DNA from: Erysipelotrichaceae bacterium
Lineage (GTDB): Bacteria; Bacillota_I; Bacilli_A; RF39; UBA660
Assembly: GCA_022772985.1 (NCBI GenBank)
Contig: JALEZJ010000181.1
Location: 3,959 to 67,958, forward strand
Direction of reading: 5' to 3'
DNA: 64,000 nucleotides
Part shown: in pieces, positions 1-9,628 of the stretch
Layout: each line of letters opens with the position of its first letter
Position numbering within the stretch: position 1 is the stretch's first letter
The notes under the pieces: model-generated
Database searches by the model: none
What the model was told of the DNA's origin: nothing
The model's input: the letters and a program-made list of their open reading frames with translations, nothing else
Translations under genes and position numbers: made by a program

Positions 1-672
1 TATTATCAAAGAATAAAGAAAATAATTAAACAATCAAATATAAGAGTAGATATGCATCCTAATCAATATTGTGTTTTAAATAGTGTAAAACAAGAAGTAG
101 TCTCTATGAGTCAAGATATTTTAGAATACCATTATAAAATTTTAGATGCTATAGGAATAAAAGATAAATTAATTATTTTACACATAGGAAGTAATACTTT
201 TGGAAAGAAAAATTCTCTGACTAGATTTATCCATAATTTTTCAAGGCTTCCCAAATATTTACAAGAAATCATTGCAATTGAAAATGATGATAAAATTTTT
301 AATATAGAAGATTGTTTGTATTTATCAAATATTTTAGATATTCCTATTGTATTAGACTATCATCATTTTAAATGTAATCATTCTAATAAAAAAATAGAAG
401 AATACATAGAACCCATCTTAAAAACATGGAAAAATAAAAGACCAAAAATGCATTTTAGTAGCCCAAAAAACCAAAAAGAATATCGAGCTCATCATGAATA
501 TATTAATGCAAATGATTTTATAGACTTCTTGCAAATTTTATCCTCTTATCAACAAGATATAGATATTATGTTAGAAGCAAAAGGAAAAGACGAAGCCCTA
601 TTTCGATTAATAAGAGAATTAAAATATAAAAAAAATTATAAATTTATAGACGAAACTAGTTTTGAAATTTAA
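1..672 (+). CDS. uvsE: UV damage endonuclease (UvdE/UvsE family); N-terminus lies upstream of the window
   Basis: Frame 1 is open from base 1 into the listed ORF (YYQRIKKIIKQSNIRVDMHPNQY...), so the ATG at 52 is internal. Motifs RVDMHPNQY, ILHIGS, AIENDD and VLDYHHF fit the UvdE endonuclease pattern. Confidence 0.8.
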   Translation, partial: YYQRIKKIIKQSNIRVDMHPNQYCVLNSVKQEVVSMSQDILEYHYKILDAIGIKDKLIILHIGSNTFGKKNSLTRFIHNFSRLPKYLQEIIAIENDDKIFNIEDCLYLSNILDIPIVLDYHHFKCNHSNKKIEEYIEPILKTWKNKRPKMHFSSPKNQKEYRAHHEYINANDFIDFLQILSSYQQDIDIMLEAKGKDEALFRLIRELKYKKNYKFIDETSFEI

Positions 673-705
673 AATAATCCATATAGTTAATTAGGTGATA
701 ATAAA

Positions 706-1341
706 ATGTATAAGAGATATCCTTTACTATATGGTTTTTCAGACTTAGAACCCTATATTGATACTCATACTCTAGGGCTTCACTATAATAAACATCAATT
801 AGGCTATTTAAACAAATTACATCAATTATTAGAAAAAAATAATTATCATGATGAATATCCGATTGAATTACTTAGTTATCATATCAGCGAATTTCCAAAA
901 GAAGATCAAGAAGATATTTTATTTAATTTAGGAGGTGTATTAAATCATAACATCTATTTTAAAAGCATATCTAAAAATAAAATAATGCCAAGTCCTTCTT
1001 TTGAAGAACAATTAAAAAAACAATTCCAAAGCTTAGAAAATTTTAAAAAAATATGGAAAGAAAATGCTTTAAAAGTAAAAGGATCAGGTTACACTTATTT
1101 AGTAATTGACAGAGATAAAACTCTTAAAGTTATGAACTTTTTAAATCAAGATTGCCCTTATTTTTATGAATTAATTCCTCTTTTATGTATTGATGTCTGG
1201 GAACATGCTTATTACATCAATTATGAAAATAAAAGAGATTTATATATTGATAATTTTTTAGAAATAATAGATTTTTCTTTTGCTAATCAAATGTATGAAA
1301 TGTTTATTTCTAAGCAAACAAATAATCTTTCTTCTAATTAA
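706..1341 (+). CDS. sodA: Fe/Mn superoxide dismutase (paralogue 1)
   Basis: LEPYID..LHYNKH..YLNKL, GGVLNHNIYF, GSGYTYLV and IDVWEHAYYINYENKR..YIDNF are present. All four metal ligands (H,H,D,H) are visible. AGGTGA RBS upstream. Confidence 0.85.
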   Translation: MYKRYPLLYGFSDLEPYIDTHTLGLHYNKHQLGYLNKLHQLLEKNNYHDEYPIELLSYHISEFPKEDQEDILFNLGGVLNHNIYFKSISKNKIMPSPSFEEQLKKQFQSLENFKKIWKENALKVKGSGYTYLVIDRDKTLKVMNFLNQDCPYFYELIPLLCIDVWEHAYYINYENKRDLYIDNFLEIIDFSFANQMYEMFISKQTNNLSSN

Positions 1342-1446
1342 AAATAAATACTTTTATCATATTCCATCTAACTATAAAAATAAATTCCATGGAAGTATTT
1401 TAGAAATAATAAAGTAAATATTTCATAAAATTAAATAGGTGATAAT

Positions 1447-2829
1447 ATGAATGATAGAGTAACTAAAAAAGTTGTTCTTGATCCCTATCGAGGTGGGGAA
1501 GATATAGGAAGTAATACCAATGGAATTATAGAAAAAGATTATAATTTAAAAATAACGAAATATATATATGATCGCCTGCGATCTTTAGGAGTTCCAGTAT
1601 CTATCACTAGAGATAGCGATGAGACATTAAATATGAATAATCGGATCAATCGAATTAAGTCTTTTTATGGTACTGGAAACGATGTAATCGTACTATCTAA
1701 TGCCCTAACAACTGGAGGAGAAGGAGCCGAGATTGTTTATGCGCTGAGAAATAGTAATGCACTTTCTCAAAAAATTGCAAATGAAATTGAAAAAACAGGT
1801 GGTGAAGTAGGCAAATTTTATCAAAGAAGACTTCCTAGCGACACAGCTAAAGATTATAATCAATTAATTAGAGATACTGCCAATAATGAAAGTCTTATTA
1901 TTTACTATGGCAATATAGACGATACAGAGGAAGCATCTTTTTTAAAAAATCACTTAGAAGATTTAGGAGAAGCAGTGGTAATTGCTCTTACTGATTATTT
2001 AAATGTAACCTATAAACCAGGTAGTGGTAGTAATTATTATATTGTAGAAAAAGGTGATAGTCTATATAGTATTGCAAATAAATATAATACTCCAGTAAAT
2101 GAAATAAAAGAGTTAAATAATTTATCTACAAATAATCTTTCTATTGGTCAAGTATTAAAAATACCAACCAAAGAAGAAACACCAAGCGAAGAAGAAATTA
2201 TTTATACAGTAAAAAGTGGCGATAGTTTATATAGTATTGCTAGCAAATATCATACTACAGTAGATGAATTAAAAAATCTAAACCATTTATCTAGTAATAT
2301 TTTAAGTATTGGCCAACAATTAAAAATACCTAGTAGCAGTGAAGAAAGTAGTACGGAATATATTACCTATAAAGTAGTAAGTGGCGATAGCTTATATAGT
2401 ATTGCCAAAAAATATAACACCACAGTAGATGCTATTAAAACATTAAATAATCTTAGTTCTAATTTACTAAGTATTGGCCAAACTTTAAAAATACCAACTA
2501 GTGAAACTGTTGAAACAGTACCAAATTATTTAACTTATAAAGTAGTAAGCGGCGATAGTTTATACAGTATTGCCAAAAAATATAATACCACAGTAGATTC
2601 CATTAAAAACTTTAATAACTTAACTTCCAATATTTTAAGCATTGGTCAAACTTTAAAAATACCTACAACAACATCCCCAAGTTATACTACCTATAAAGTA
2701 GTAAGTGGCGATAGCTTATATAGTATTGCAAAAAAATATAACACCACAGTAGATTCGATTAAAGTACTGAATAATCTTAGTTCTAATTTATTAAGCATTG
2801 GCCAAATATTAAAAATTCCTAATTCATAA
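1447..2829 (+). CDS. Amidase_3-like domain (key catalytic residues apparently substituted) fused to five LysM peptidoglycan-binding modules
   Basis: The N-terminal ~185 aa follows the MurNAc-L-Ala amidase (Amidase_3) layout (LDPYRGGEDIGS, IIEKDYNL, VLSNAL..GAEIVY). Five copies of the Y.V..GDSLYSIA.KY.T.V..IK.LN.L.SN.LSIGQ.LKIP LysM motif follow. No signal peptide is evident. Confidence 0.8.
   Translation: MNDRVTKKVVLDPYRGGEDIGSNTNGIIEKDYNLKITKYIYDRLRSLGVPVSITRDSDETLNMNNRINRIKSFYGTGNDVIVLSNALTTGGEGAEIVYALRNSNALSQKIANEIEKTGGEVGKFYQRRLPSDTAKDYNQLIRDTANNESLIIYYGNIDDTEEASFLKNHLEDLGEAVVIALTDYLNVTYKPGSGSNYYIVEKGDSLYSIANKYNTPVNEIKELNNLSTNNLSIGQVLKIPTKEETPSEEEIIYTVKSGDSLYSIASKYHTTVDELKNLNHLSSNILSIGQQLKIPSSSEESSTEYITYKVVSGDSLYSIAKKYNTTVDAIKTLNNLSSNLLSIGQTLKIPTSETVETVPNYLTYKVVSGDSLYSIAKKYNTTVDSIKNFNNLTSNILSIGQTLKIPTTTSPSYTTYKVVSGDSLYSIAKKYNTTVDSIKVLNNLSSNLLSIGQILKIPNS
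2035..2820. repeat. Five tandem LysM-coding modules; the last three are near-identical at DNA level
   Basis: The unit beginning ac[ct]tataaagtagtaag[tc]ggcgatag recurs at about 2367, 2533 and 2689. Two earlier, more diverged copies start at about 2035 and 2200. Confidence 0.85.
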
Positions 2830-3029
2830 GAAAAAGTAAGAGTTTTTGTGAAACCCATTACTCAGACTATTGACAAATAAATTTTTGTTGATAGCCTTTT
2901 CTTATGTTTAAAATCCTCCCTACTTGTAAAAAAAGTAGTAATAAGGGTAAGTAATTTTAACCAATAATTAATTGCTAATGATTTGCGTATTTTTCTGTTA
3001 TAATAAAAATAAAGAAAGTAGGGATAATA

Positions 3030-4418
3030 ATGAAAATAAATAAATATATGTTTCGTGAATATGACATTAGAGGAATTTATGGAAAAGATATTGATGAAGA
3101 AGTTTCTTATTTAATTGGTAAATCTTTTGGTACAAAACTAAAAAGATTAGGAAAAGATACTACCATTGTTGGCTATGACAATCGTTATAGTTCTCCTATT
3201 ATCGAGAAAAATTTGGTAAAGGGAATTACGGAATGTGGAGTCAATGTCGTAAGATTAGGATTAGTTACTACACCAATGTATTATTATAGTTGGGATTTAT
3301 TAGATATTCACTGTGGTATGATGGTTACTGCTTCTCATAATCCAAAAGATGATAATGGCTTTAAATTTTCTTATAATGGAATTCATAATGCCTATGGAGA
3401 TAGTACCATAGAGCTATACAATATGATTGTAAATAAAGATTTTATAACTAGTAAAAATCTAGGAACAATAAAAAATATAGATATAAAAAATGATTATATT
3501 GAAATGATTACTTCTAATATCAATTTAGGAAAAAGAAAATTAAAAGTAATTTATGATTGTGGTAATGGGACAACCTCTATTGTAGCGGATCAAATTTTTA
3601 ATACTTTTCATGATAAATTAGAATTCATTCCTTTATTTAATGAATCAGATTCTTCTTTTCCTAATCATCATCCCGATCCTGCAGTAGAAGAAAATTTAAG
3701 TATTTTAAAAGAAAAAGTAAAAGAAAATCATGCTGATGTTGGAATTGCTTTTGATGGGGATGGGGATCGAGTAGGCATAATCGATGAACAAGGAAATTTC
3801 TTGGATATGGATAAGTACATGATTTTAATTTGGCGAGATTTAAGAAATAAAAGTGTTGCGAAAAAAACTTTCTATGATGTGAAATGTTCTCTTACTTTAA
3901 AAGAAGAATTAGATAACTTAGGAATAGAAAATGAATTTTATCGAACAGGTAATTCTTATACCAAAGCAAAAAGTGTCGAAGGCAATTATCCTTTTTCAGG
4001 AGAATTATCAGGCCATGTCTTCTTTCGAGATAAATTTAATGGTTATGATGACGGAATTTATGCTGGCCTTCGTTTAATCGAAATCTTATCAAATACCAAC
4101 AAATCAATTACAGAACTATTAAAAGGAATCAGTCACTACGAAAGTACTCCAGAAATTAAAATTGCTACTCCAGATGAAATAAAATTTCAAATAATTGATA
4201 AAGTAAAGAAATATTGTCTAGAAAAACACTATCAAATCTTACTAGTAGATGGAGTAAAAGTATTTTTTGAAGATGGTTCTGCTTTAGTACGAGCTTCCAA
4301 TACAGGACCTAATATTACCACTAGATTTGAAGCCAAAACCAAAGAAAGATTAGAAGAGATTCAAACAGAATTTACAAATTTAATTGAAACCTTAAAAGAA
4401 GTTAGTGAGGGAAAATAA
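3030..4418 (+). CDS. Phosphohexomutase, phosphomannomutase/phosphoglucomutase type
   Basis: It has the phosphoserine loop TASHNP, metal loop FDGDGDR and sugar loop GELSGH. The N-terminal FREYDIRG resembles the PMM/PGM branch rather than the GlmM GTDGVRG start. Confidence 0.85.
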   Translation: MKINKYMFREYDIRGIYGKDIDEEVSYLIGKSFGTKLKRLGKDTTIVGYDNRYSSPIIEKNLVKGITECGVNVVRLGLVTTPMYYYSWDLLDIHCGMMVTASHNPKDDNGFKFSYNGIHNAYGDSTIELYNMIVNKDFITSKNLGTIKNIDIKNDYIEMITSNINLGKRKLKVIYDCGNGTTSIVADQIFNTFHDKLEFIPLFNESDSSFPNHHPDPAVEENLSILKEKVKENHADVGIAFDGDGDRVGIIDEQGNFLDMDKYMILIWRDLRNKSVAKKTFYDVKCSLTLKEELDNLGIENEFYRTGNSYTKAKSVEGNYPFSGELSGHVFFRDKFNGYDDGIYAGLRLIEILSNTNKSITELLKGISHYESTPEIKIATPDEIKFQIIDKVKKYCLEKHYQILLVDGVKVFFEDGSALVRASNTGPNITTRFEAKTKERLEEIQTEFTNLIETLKEVSEGK

Positions 4419-4420
4419 AG

Positions 4421-4909
4421 GTGAGAGAAACAATTGATATTTTTGGTAAGAAAATTACTTATAATTGCATGGGATGTGAAACAGCCAATCATCAATTAAT
4501 TCCACCTGGTGGCTATGTGTATGAAGATGATTTTATTAATGTTTCAGCCGATTTTGAAATTCCAATTCCAGGATTTATGATTTTAGGAATTAATAAACAT
4601 TATCAAAGTATAAATCAAATGACTTCCCAAGAAAGAAGTAAAGTAATAGAAGTATTAAACAAAACAATAGAAATAGTTAAAAAAGTATGTCAAGTAGAAA
4701 ATATAACAATCATTCAAGAAGAAAAATGCACCCATTTTCATATATGGATTCTACCAAGTTATTCTTGGATGAATCAATTTGGAAAAGGAAGTTATGGAAT
4801 CAAAGAAAAATTTAGTTTTGCCAAAGAAAAAAATAATGAAGAAAATATTAAAAATTGTTTAAAAAAAGTAGAAGAAATTCGTGATGAATTCCAAATAGAA
4901 GAAGATTAG
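4421..4909 (+). CDS. HIT-like hydrolase family protein
   Basis: GTG start 3 nt after the upstream stop. It has an N-terminal CMGC...H zinc-ribbon-like segment and a THFHIWILP histidine-triad-like motif in which the third His is replaced by Trp. Confidence 0.5.
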   Translation: MRETIDIFGKKITYNCMGCETANHQLIPPGGYVYEDDFINVSADFEIPIPGFMILGINKHYQSINQMTSQERSKVIEVLNKTIEIVKKVCQVENITIIQEEKCTHFHIWILPSYSWMNQFGKGSYGIKEKFSFAKEKNNEENIKNCLKKVEEIRDEFQIEED

Positions 4910-4955
4910 TATAGATTTTTAAAGAAAGGGTTAGTATAATAAAAATGGTGATAAT

Positions 4956-7553
4956 ATGTATCAAAAAGAATGGAAAGATGTAGTAGAAGAATTAAATTCT
5001 AATATAAAAGGTTTATCAAAGGAAGAAACCCTAAAAAGACTAAAAGAAAACGGGAGAAATAATCTTCCCAAAGAAAAAAAAGACAGTATTTTAAAAATAT
5101 TTTTTAGTGAACTATTAGCTCCTTTAGAAGTGATTTTATTAATTACAGTAATCATTTCTTTTCTGATAGGAGAAACCCTAGATGCTTGCGTTATTTTATT
5201 TATTATTTTAGTAGATGTGATAATGGGGACTTATCAAGAATATAAAGCTTTAAAATCAGCAGAAGCTCTATCTAATATGTTAAAGATAAAAACAAAAGTA
5301 TTACGAGATGGAGAAGAGATGGAAATTGATAGTGAAGAATTAGTAGTAGGAGATATCTTAATTGTAGATAGTGGGACTAAAATTACTAGTGATGCTAGAA
5401 TTATCGAAAGTTATAATTTACAAGTAGATGAATCCGTTTTAACTGGAGAAAGCACTACCGTTTTCAAAACAAATAGCGCTTTAAAAGAAGAGACAGTATT
5501 AGCAGAACGAAAAAATATGCTATATGCAGGTACTAACATCATGACAGGGCGTGCAAAAGCAATTGTGGTAGCAACCGGAATTCATACAGAAATTGGTAAA
5601 ATTACTAAAACAGTATTAGAAACAGATGACGAAAAATCTCCTTTAACCATTCGAGTAGAAAAATTTTCAAAACAAATTAGTATTTTAATAGGAATTATTG
5701 CTCTAATATCCGGAATATTACTTTATATCAAAGGCTATGAAACGAAAGCTATCTTTTTATCAGTAGTAGCTCTTGCTGTATCCGCGATGCCAGAAGGATT
5801 ATCTCTAGCCCTAACTATGGCTTTAACAATCGCATCCAACAGAATGAGTAAGAAAAATGTAATTGTAAAAAAATTAAACTCGGTAGAATCCCTTGGTAGC
5901 TGTACAGTAATTGCTAGTGATAAGACAGGAACCCTAACCGCCAATGAACAAACAGCTAGAAAAATCGTCTTAAAAAATGGAGCTATTTTCCATGTTAGTG
6001 GCACAGGTTATAATGTAGACGGAAGTGTTACAACCGACAATAAAGAATACCTAACAAACGCTGAACAAATCGCTAGTCTTTGTGCCTTAAATAATGAAGC
6101 CCATTTTGAAGAAAATAACGATAAATATGAATGGTATGGAGATTCTATCGATATTGCCTTTCTTGTTTTAAAAGAAAAAATGAAACTAAAAGAAAAACTA
6201 AAAGCCAAAAAAATGATTCCATACGAATCCGAAAAACAATACTCAGCTGTTTTCTATGAAAAAGAAGGAGAACTTCGTTGTACCGTAAAAGGATCTTTAG
6301 AAAAAATTATGGAGTTTAGCGAAAAAAAAGACTTATATCAAAAACAAAATGAAGAATTATCCAAAGAAGGATATCGGGTTATTGCTGTTTGTGATGGAAA
6401 AGTTTCTGGAGAAGAAGAACAAGATATAAAAAATTTAGAATTTTTAGGACTCGTTGCCTTTATTGATCCAGTACGGGAAGATGCCGTATCTTCCATAAAA
6501 GAATGTCATCAAGCAGGTATTAAAGTAATAATGATAACAGGAGACCATCCTATGACTGCTTTAGCTATTGCTCGTGAATTAAATCTTGCTAGTAAAATAG
6601 AAGAAGTTGCTACTGGAGTAGAAATTGAAAAAGCTTTTGCCAAAGGAGAAGAATATTTTCAAAACTTTATCAAAGACAAATATGTTTTTTCTAGGGTAAC
6701 ACCTATGGATAAATTACATATCATAGAAGCTTTAAAAAAGATGGGAGAATTTGTTGCTGTAACAGGGGATGGTGTTAATGATGCTCCCGCTATTAAAACA
6801 GCTAACATCGGTATTGCGATGGGAAGTGGTACCGATGTTGCTAAAGATACGGCCGACATGATTATTACTGATGACAATTTCAAATCCATTGTAACTGGCG
6901 TAAAAGAAGGCAGAATCGCTTATTCTAACATCAGAAAGATTACCTTATTCTTATTATCTTGTGGTATGGCCGAAGTATTATTTTATCTTCTTTCTATTGG
7001 CTTTAATTATCCATTACCATTAGTAGCGATTCAATTATTATGGCTAAATGTAGTAACAGATGGATTCCAAGATTTTGCTTTATCTTTTGAAGGTGAAACC
7101 AAAGATATCATGAAAGAAAAGCCAAGAAGTCCGAAAGAAAACTTATTCAATAAATCCTTAATGATGGAAGTATTATTATTTGGTTTAGCGATTGCACTGA
7201 TGGTATTTAATACCTGGAAATATCTAATAGATCAAAATACAGAATTAGCCTTAGCTAGAAGTATGATTATGTTACTAATGGTATTTATTCAAAATATTCA
7301 TGTTTTAAACTGTCGTAGCGAAAAGAATAGTGTCTTCACAACTAAAATTACTTCCAATCCACTAGTAATTAGCACAATCATTGGCACCATTCTATTACAA
7401 CTAGTAGTAACAATGAGTCCTATTGGTAATCGCATCTTAGGAATCACACCTATAGCCCTAAATCATGTTATCATCTTATTATTAGTAGCTGCTATTATTA
7501 TTGTAATAGCAGAAGTTTATAAGTATTTTTATCGTAAAAGGATAGGTGCTTAA
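4956..7553 (+). CDS. Cation-translocating P-type ATPase, P2 (Ca2+/Mn2+-like) type
   Basis: Motifs TGES, DKTGTLT (phosphorylation site), TGDHPMTA and GDGVNDAPA are present. 865 aa with about 10 hydrophobic segments. Confidence 0.9.
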   Translation: MYQKEWKDVVEELNSNIKGLSKEETLKRLKENGRNNLPKEKKDSILKIFFSELLAPLEVILLITVIISFLIGETLDACVILFIILVDVIMGTYQEYKALKSAEALSNMLKIKTKVLRDGEEMEIDSEELVVGDILIVDSGTKITSDARIIESYNLQVDESVLTGESTTVFKTNSALKEETVLAERKNMLYAGTNIMTGRAKAIVVATGIHTEIGKITKTVLETDDEKSPLTIRVEKFSKQISILIGIIALISGILLYIKGYETKAIFLSVVALAVSAMPEGLSLALTMALTIASNRMSKKNVIVKKLNSVESLGSCTVIASDKTGTLTANEQTARKIVLKNGAIFHVSGTGYNVDGSVTTDNKEYLTNAEQIASLCALNNEAHFEENNDKYEWYGDSIDIAFLVLKEKMKLKEKLKAKKMIPYESEKQYSAVFYEKEGELRCTVKGSLEKIMEFSEKKDLYQKQNEELSKEGYRVIAVCDGKVSGEEEQDIKNLEFLGLVAFIDPVREDAVSSIKECHQAGIKVIMITGDHPMTALAIARELNLASKIEEVATGVEIEKAFAKGEEYFQNFIKDKYVFSRVTPMDKLHIIEALKKMGEFVAVTGDGVNDAPAIKTANIGIAMGSGTDVAKDTADMIITDDNFKSIVTGVKEGRIAYSNIRKITLFLLSCGMAEVLFYLLSIGFNYPLPLVAIQLLWLNVVTDGFQDFALSFEGETKDIMKEKPRSPKENLFNKSLMMEVLLFGLAIALMVFNTWKYLIDQNTELALARSMIMLLMVFIQNIHVLNCRSEKNSVFTTKITSNPLVISTIIGTILLQLVVTMSPIGNRILGITPIALNHVIILLLVAAIIIVIAEVYKYFYRKRIGA

Positions 7554-7554
7554 T

Positions 7555-8412
7555 ATGATAAAAGAGCAAACTATCTTTCTTATAACAATGCTTTTTAACC
7601 TAATTATTGCTACCATAAAATTACTAACTGGAATTATTTTTGGATTTTCTTCTTTAATGGCAGATTCATTGCAATCATACACCGATTTTATTACAGATAT
7701 TATCTCTATGATTGCCAGTAAAGTAGGAAAAAAACGGGCAAATAAAAAGTATCCTTTTGGTTATGGTATGATTGAAAATATTTCTAATTTATTCATAGGC
7801 TTATTCTTAATTATCTTAAGTATTTTCATCTTTATTCATAGCTTTTCTACATCAACTCCAATTATTAGTCCTATGATTTTTATCATCCTAGTAATCACTA
7901 TCTTTCTAAAAACAATGATTATTCTAATCTTATATCACTACGGAAAGAAAAATCATAATCAATCGATGATTGTTTCTGCTAAAGAATCATCTACTGATTT
8001 AATTTCTACATCTATTGTTTTAATTGTTGGTATTTTACTTTTATTCAAAGATCAATTTCCTATTTTAAAGCATGCTGACATGATAGGTAGTATCTTGATT
8101 AGTCTTATCATTTTCTATATTGCAATCACCATTATTATAGAAAATATTACTTATCTTTTAGGAAGCAGTGAAGAAAATAAAGAGTTATTAACCAAAATAG
8201 AGGAGATCATAAAACAACATTCCTTAATTAAAGATAGCCATATCAAATTAATGAAAACAGGCACTTATTATCACTTGTATCTAACTATTGAATTAGAGGA
8301 TACCATTACTTTAAAACAATTAGTCAAACTAGATAATCAGTTAAAAAAAGAAATTAAACAACTTCCTTTAAAAATCAGATTTATTGAAATAGAACCCAAA
8401 CAATATCATTAA
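7555..8412 (+). CDS. Cation diffusion facilitator (CDF) family transporter
   Basis: Six hydrophobic helices, an ADSLQSYTDFITD motif in the second helix and a C-terminal cytoplasmic domain. I prefer ATG 7555 (AGGT RBS) to the listed 7546 start. It abuts the ATPase stop. Confidence 0.8.
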   Translation: MIKEQTIFLITMLFNLIIATIKLLTGIIFGFSSLMADSLQSYTDFITDIISMIASKVGKKRANKKYPFGYGMIENISNLFIGLFLIILSIFIFIHSFSTSTPIISPMIFIILVITIFLKTMIILILYHYGKKNHNQSMIVSAKESSTDLISTSIVLIVGILLLFKDQFPILKHADMIGSILISLIIFYIAITIIIENITYLLGSSEENKELLTKIEEIIKQHSLIKDSHIKLMKTGTYYHLYLTIELEDTITLKQLVKLDNQLKKEIKQLPLKIRFIEIEPKQYH

Positions 8413-8464
8413 GGTTCTATTTTTCTTAGCTCCTATTTACCTTTTTAATTACATATATATTAAT

Positions 8465-8854
8465 ATGAAACAAAATATAGATGAAGAATTAATCGATAGA
8501 TTAAAACTCTTAAAAGCAGAAGATATCATTTGGACCATTTTAATAGGACTTTTACTTTTATCTTTTTATGCCAACAAACTAGAAAGAGAATATTTAATTT
8601 ATGATAATCACATTAGTAAAGAAAAGTATCGCCACTTACAAATATTTATCTTTGTAGTAGCAACGCTCACTTATTTATTTTATGCACTTCATGATTTTCA
8701 AGATTTATTTAAATTAAAACCAACCGATAATCCAGAAAAAATACAACATACTTATCTTTCATTTATTGCCAGTGTATTTGTTTTAACAGCTGGCTGTATC
8801 TTTATCTATATTGCAGTAACCGATACAGAATTAGAAACAGAAATTTCTCTATAA
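8465..8854 (+). CDS. Hypothetical 3-TM membrane protein
   Basis: 129-aa ORF with three clear hydrophobic segments, same strand as its neighbours. No family recognised and no obvious RBS. Confidence 0.5.
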   Translation: MKQNIDEELIDRLKLLKAEDIIWTILIGLLLLSFYANKLEREYLIYDNHISKEKYRHLQIFIFVVATLTYLFYALHDFQDLFKLKPTDNPEKIQHTYLSFIASVFVLTAGCIFIYIAVTDTELETEISL

Positions 8855-8902
8855 TCTTGTATAATTTTTATAATATTTTATATATTTAAGTAGGTGATCA
8901 AT

Positions 8903-9505
8903 ATGTATCAAGAAATAAATTTAGATTATAAGTTAAACGAATTATCTCCTTATCTAATGGAAGATTCCCTAAAAGAGCATTATCAAATTTATCAAGAAAA
9001 TGTAAAGAAGTTAAATGAATTATTAAAAAGTATCAACTATGATTATTCTTATTCATTAAGAGATTTAGTAGATCATATTGATATTTTCCCCTTAACCATC
9101 AGAGGTGAGATTCTATATTACTTATCTAGCGTATTAAACCATAACCTTTACTTTTATAATATGTCAAATAAAAAAAATAACATTCCATCCCAAACAATAG
9201 GAAAAGATATAACGAAGTATTTTGGATCCTTCGAAGAATTTAAACGCCAATTTATCAATCACGCTATGAATTTAAAAGGGAGTGGTTATACCTTCTTAGT
9301 AAAAGATGAGAAAGGAGATCTAAAAATTATCAATACTTCAAATGAAGATAGCCCTTATTATTATAAAATGATCCCAATTATCAGTCTAGATGTATGGGAA
9401 CACGCTTATTTTCTACAATATAAAAATAATCGACTTGCTTATATTGAAAATTTTTTTGAAGTAATTGATTTTGATAAGATTAATACTTATTATGAGAAGG
9501 TATAA
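8903..9505 (+). CDS. Fe/Mn superoxide dismutase-like protein (divergent paralogue 2)
   Basis: SVLNHNLYF, GSGYTFLV and LDVWEHAYFLQYKNNR..YIENF are conserved. The N-terminal motif is EHYQIYQENVKKLN instead of H.xKHHxxY. Start moved to ATG 8903 behind an AGGTGA RBS. Confidence 0.8.
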   Translation: MYQEINLDYKLNELSPYLMEDSLKEHYQIYQENVKKLNELLKSINYDYSYSLRDLVDHIDIFPLTIRGEILYYLSSVLNHNLYFYNMSNKKNNIPSQTIGKDITKYFGSFEEFKRQFINHAMNLKGSGYTFLVKDEKGDLKIINTSNEDSPYYYKMIPIISLDVWEHAYFLQYKNNRLAYIENFFEVIDFDKINTYYEKV

Positions 9506-9570
9506 AATACTTAAAACATCATAGACCTCTATTTCATCTATTTCTAAGTAGCAATTCTTTTTCTAAAAAC

Positions 9571-9599
9571 TTGACTAAAATAAAATAAGATTCTATAAT
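9571..9599 (+). promoter_or_regulatory. Sigma-A type promoter for the 9629 ORF
   Basis: TTGACT (9571-9576), 17-nt spacer, TATAAT (9594-9599), followed by an AGGAGG RBS. Confidence 0.6.
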
Positions 9600-9628
9600 A
9601 CAAGCTATCTTAAGAAAAAGGAGGAAAT

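Noticed and set aside
2035-2820. Regularly spaced ~160-bp repeats considered as a possible CRISPR-like or satellite array
   Set aside because: The repeats are in-frame LysM domain modules of one continuous ORF, and the spacers between them are coding linkers. It is not an array.
4961-6889. Four minus-strand ORFs (4961-5155, 5735-6004, 6008-6208, 6659-6889) inside the P-type ATPase gene
   Set aside because: They are fully embedded antisense to a gene with unmistakable P-type ATPase motifs. They have no RBS and give low-complexity S/F/L-rich translations typical of shadow frames opposite GAA/AAA-rich coding sequence.
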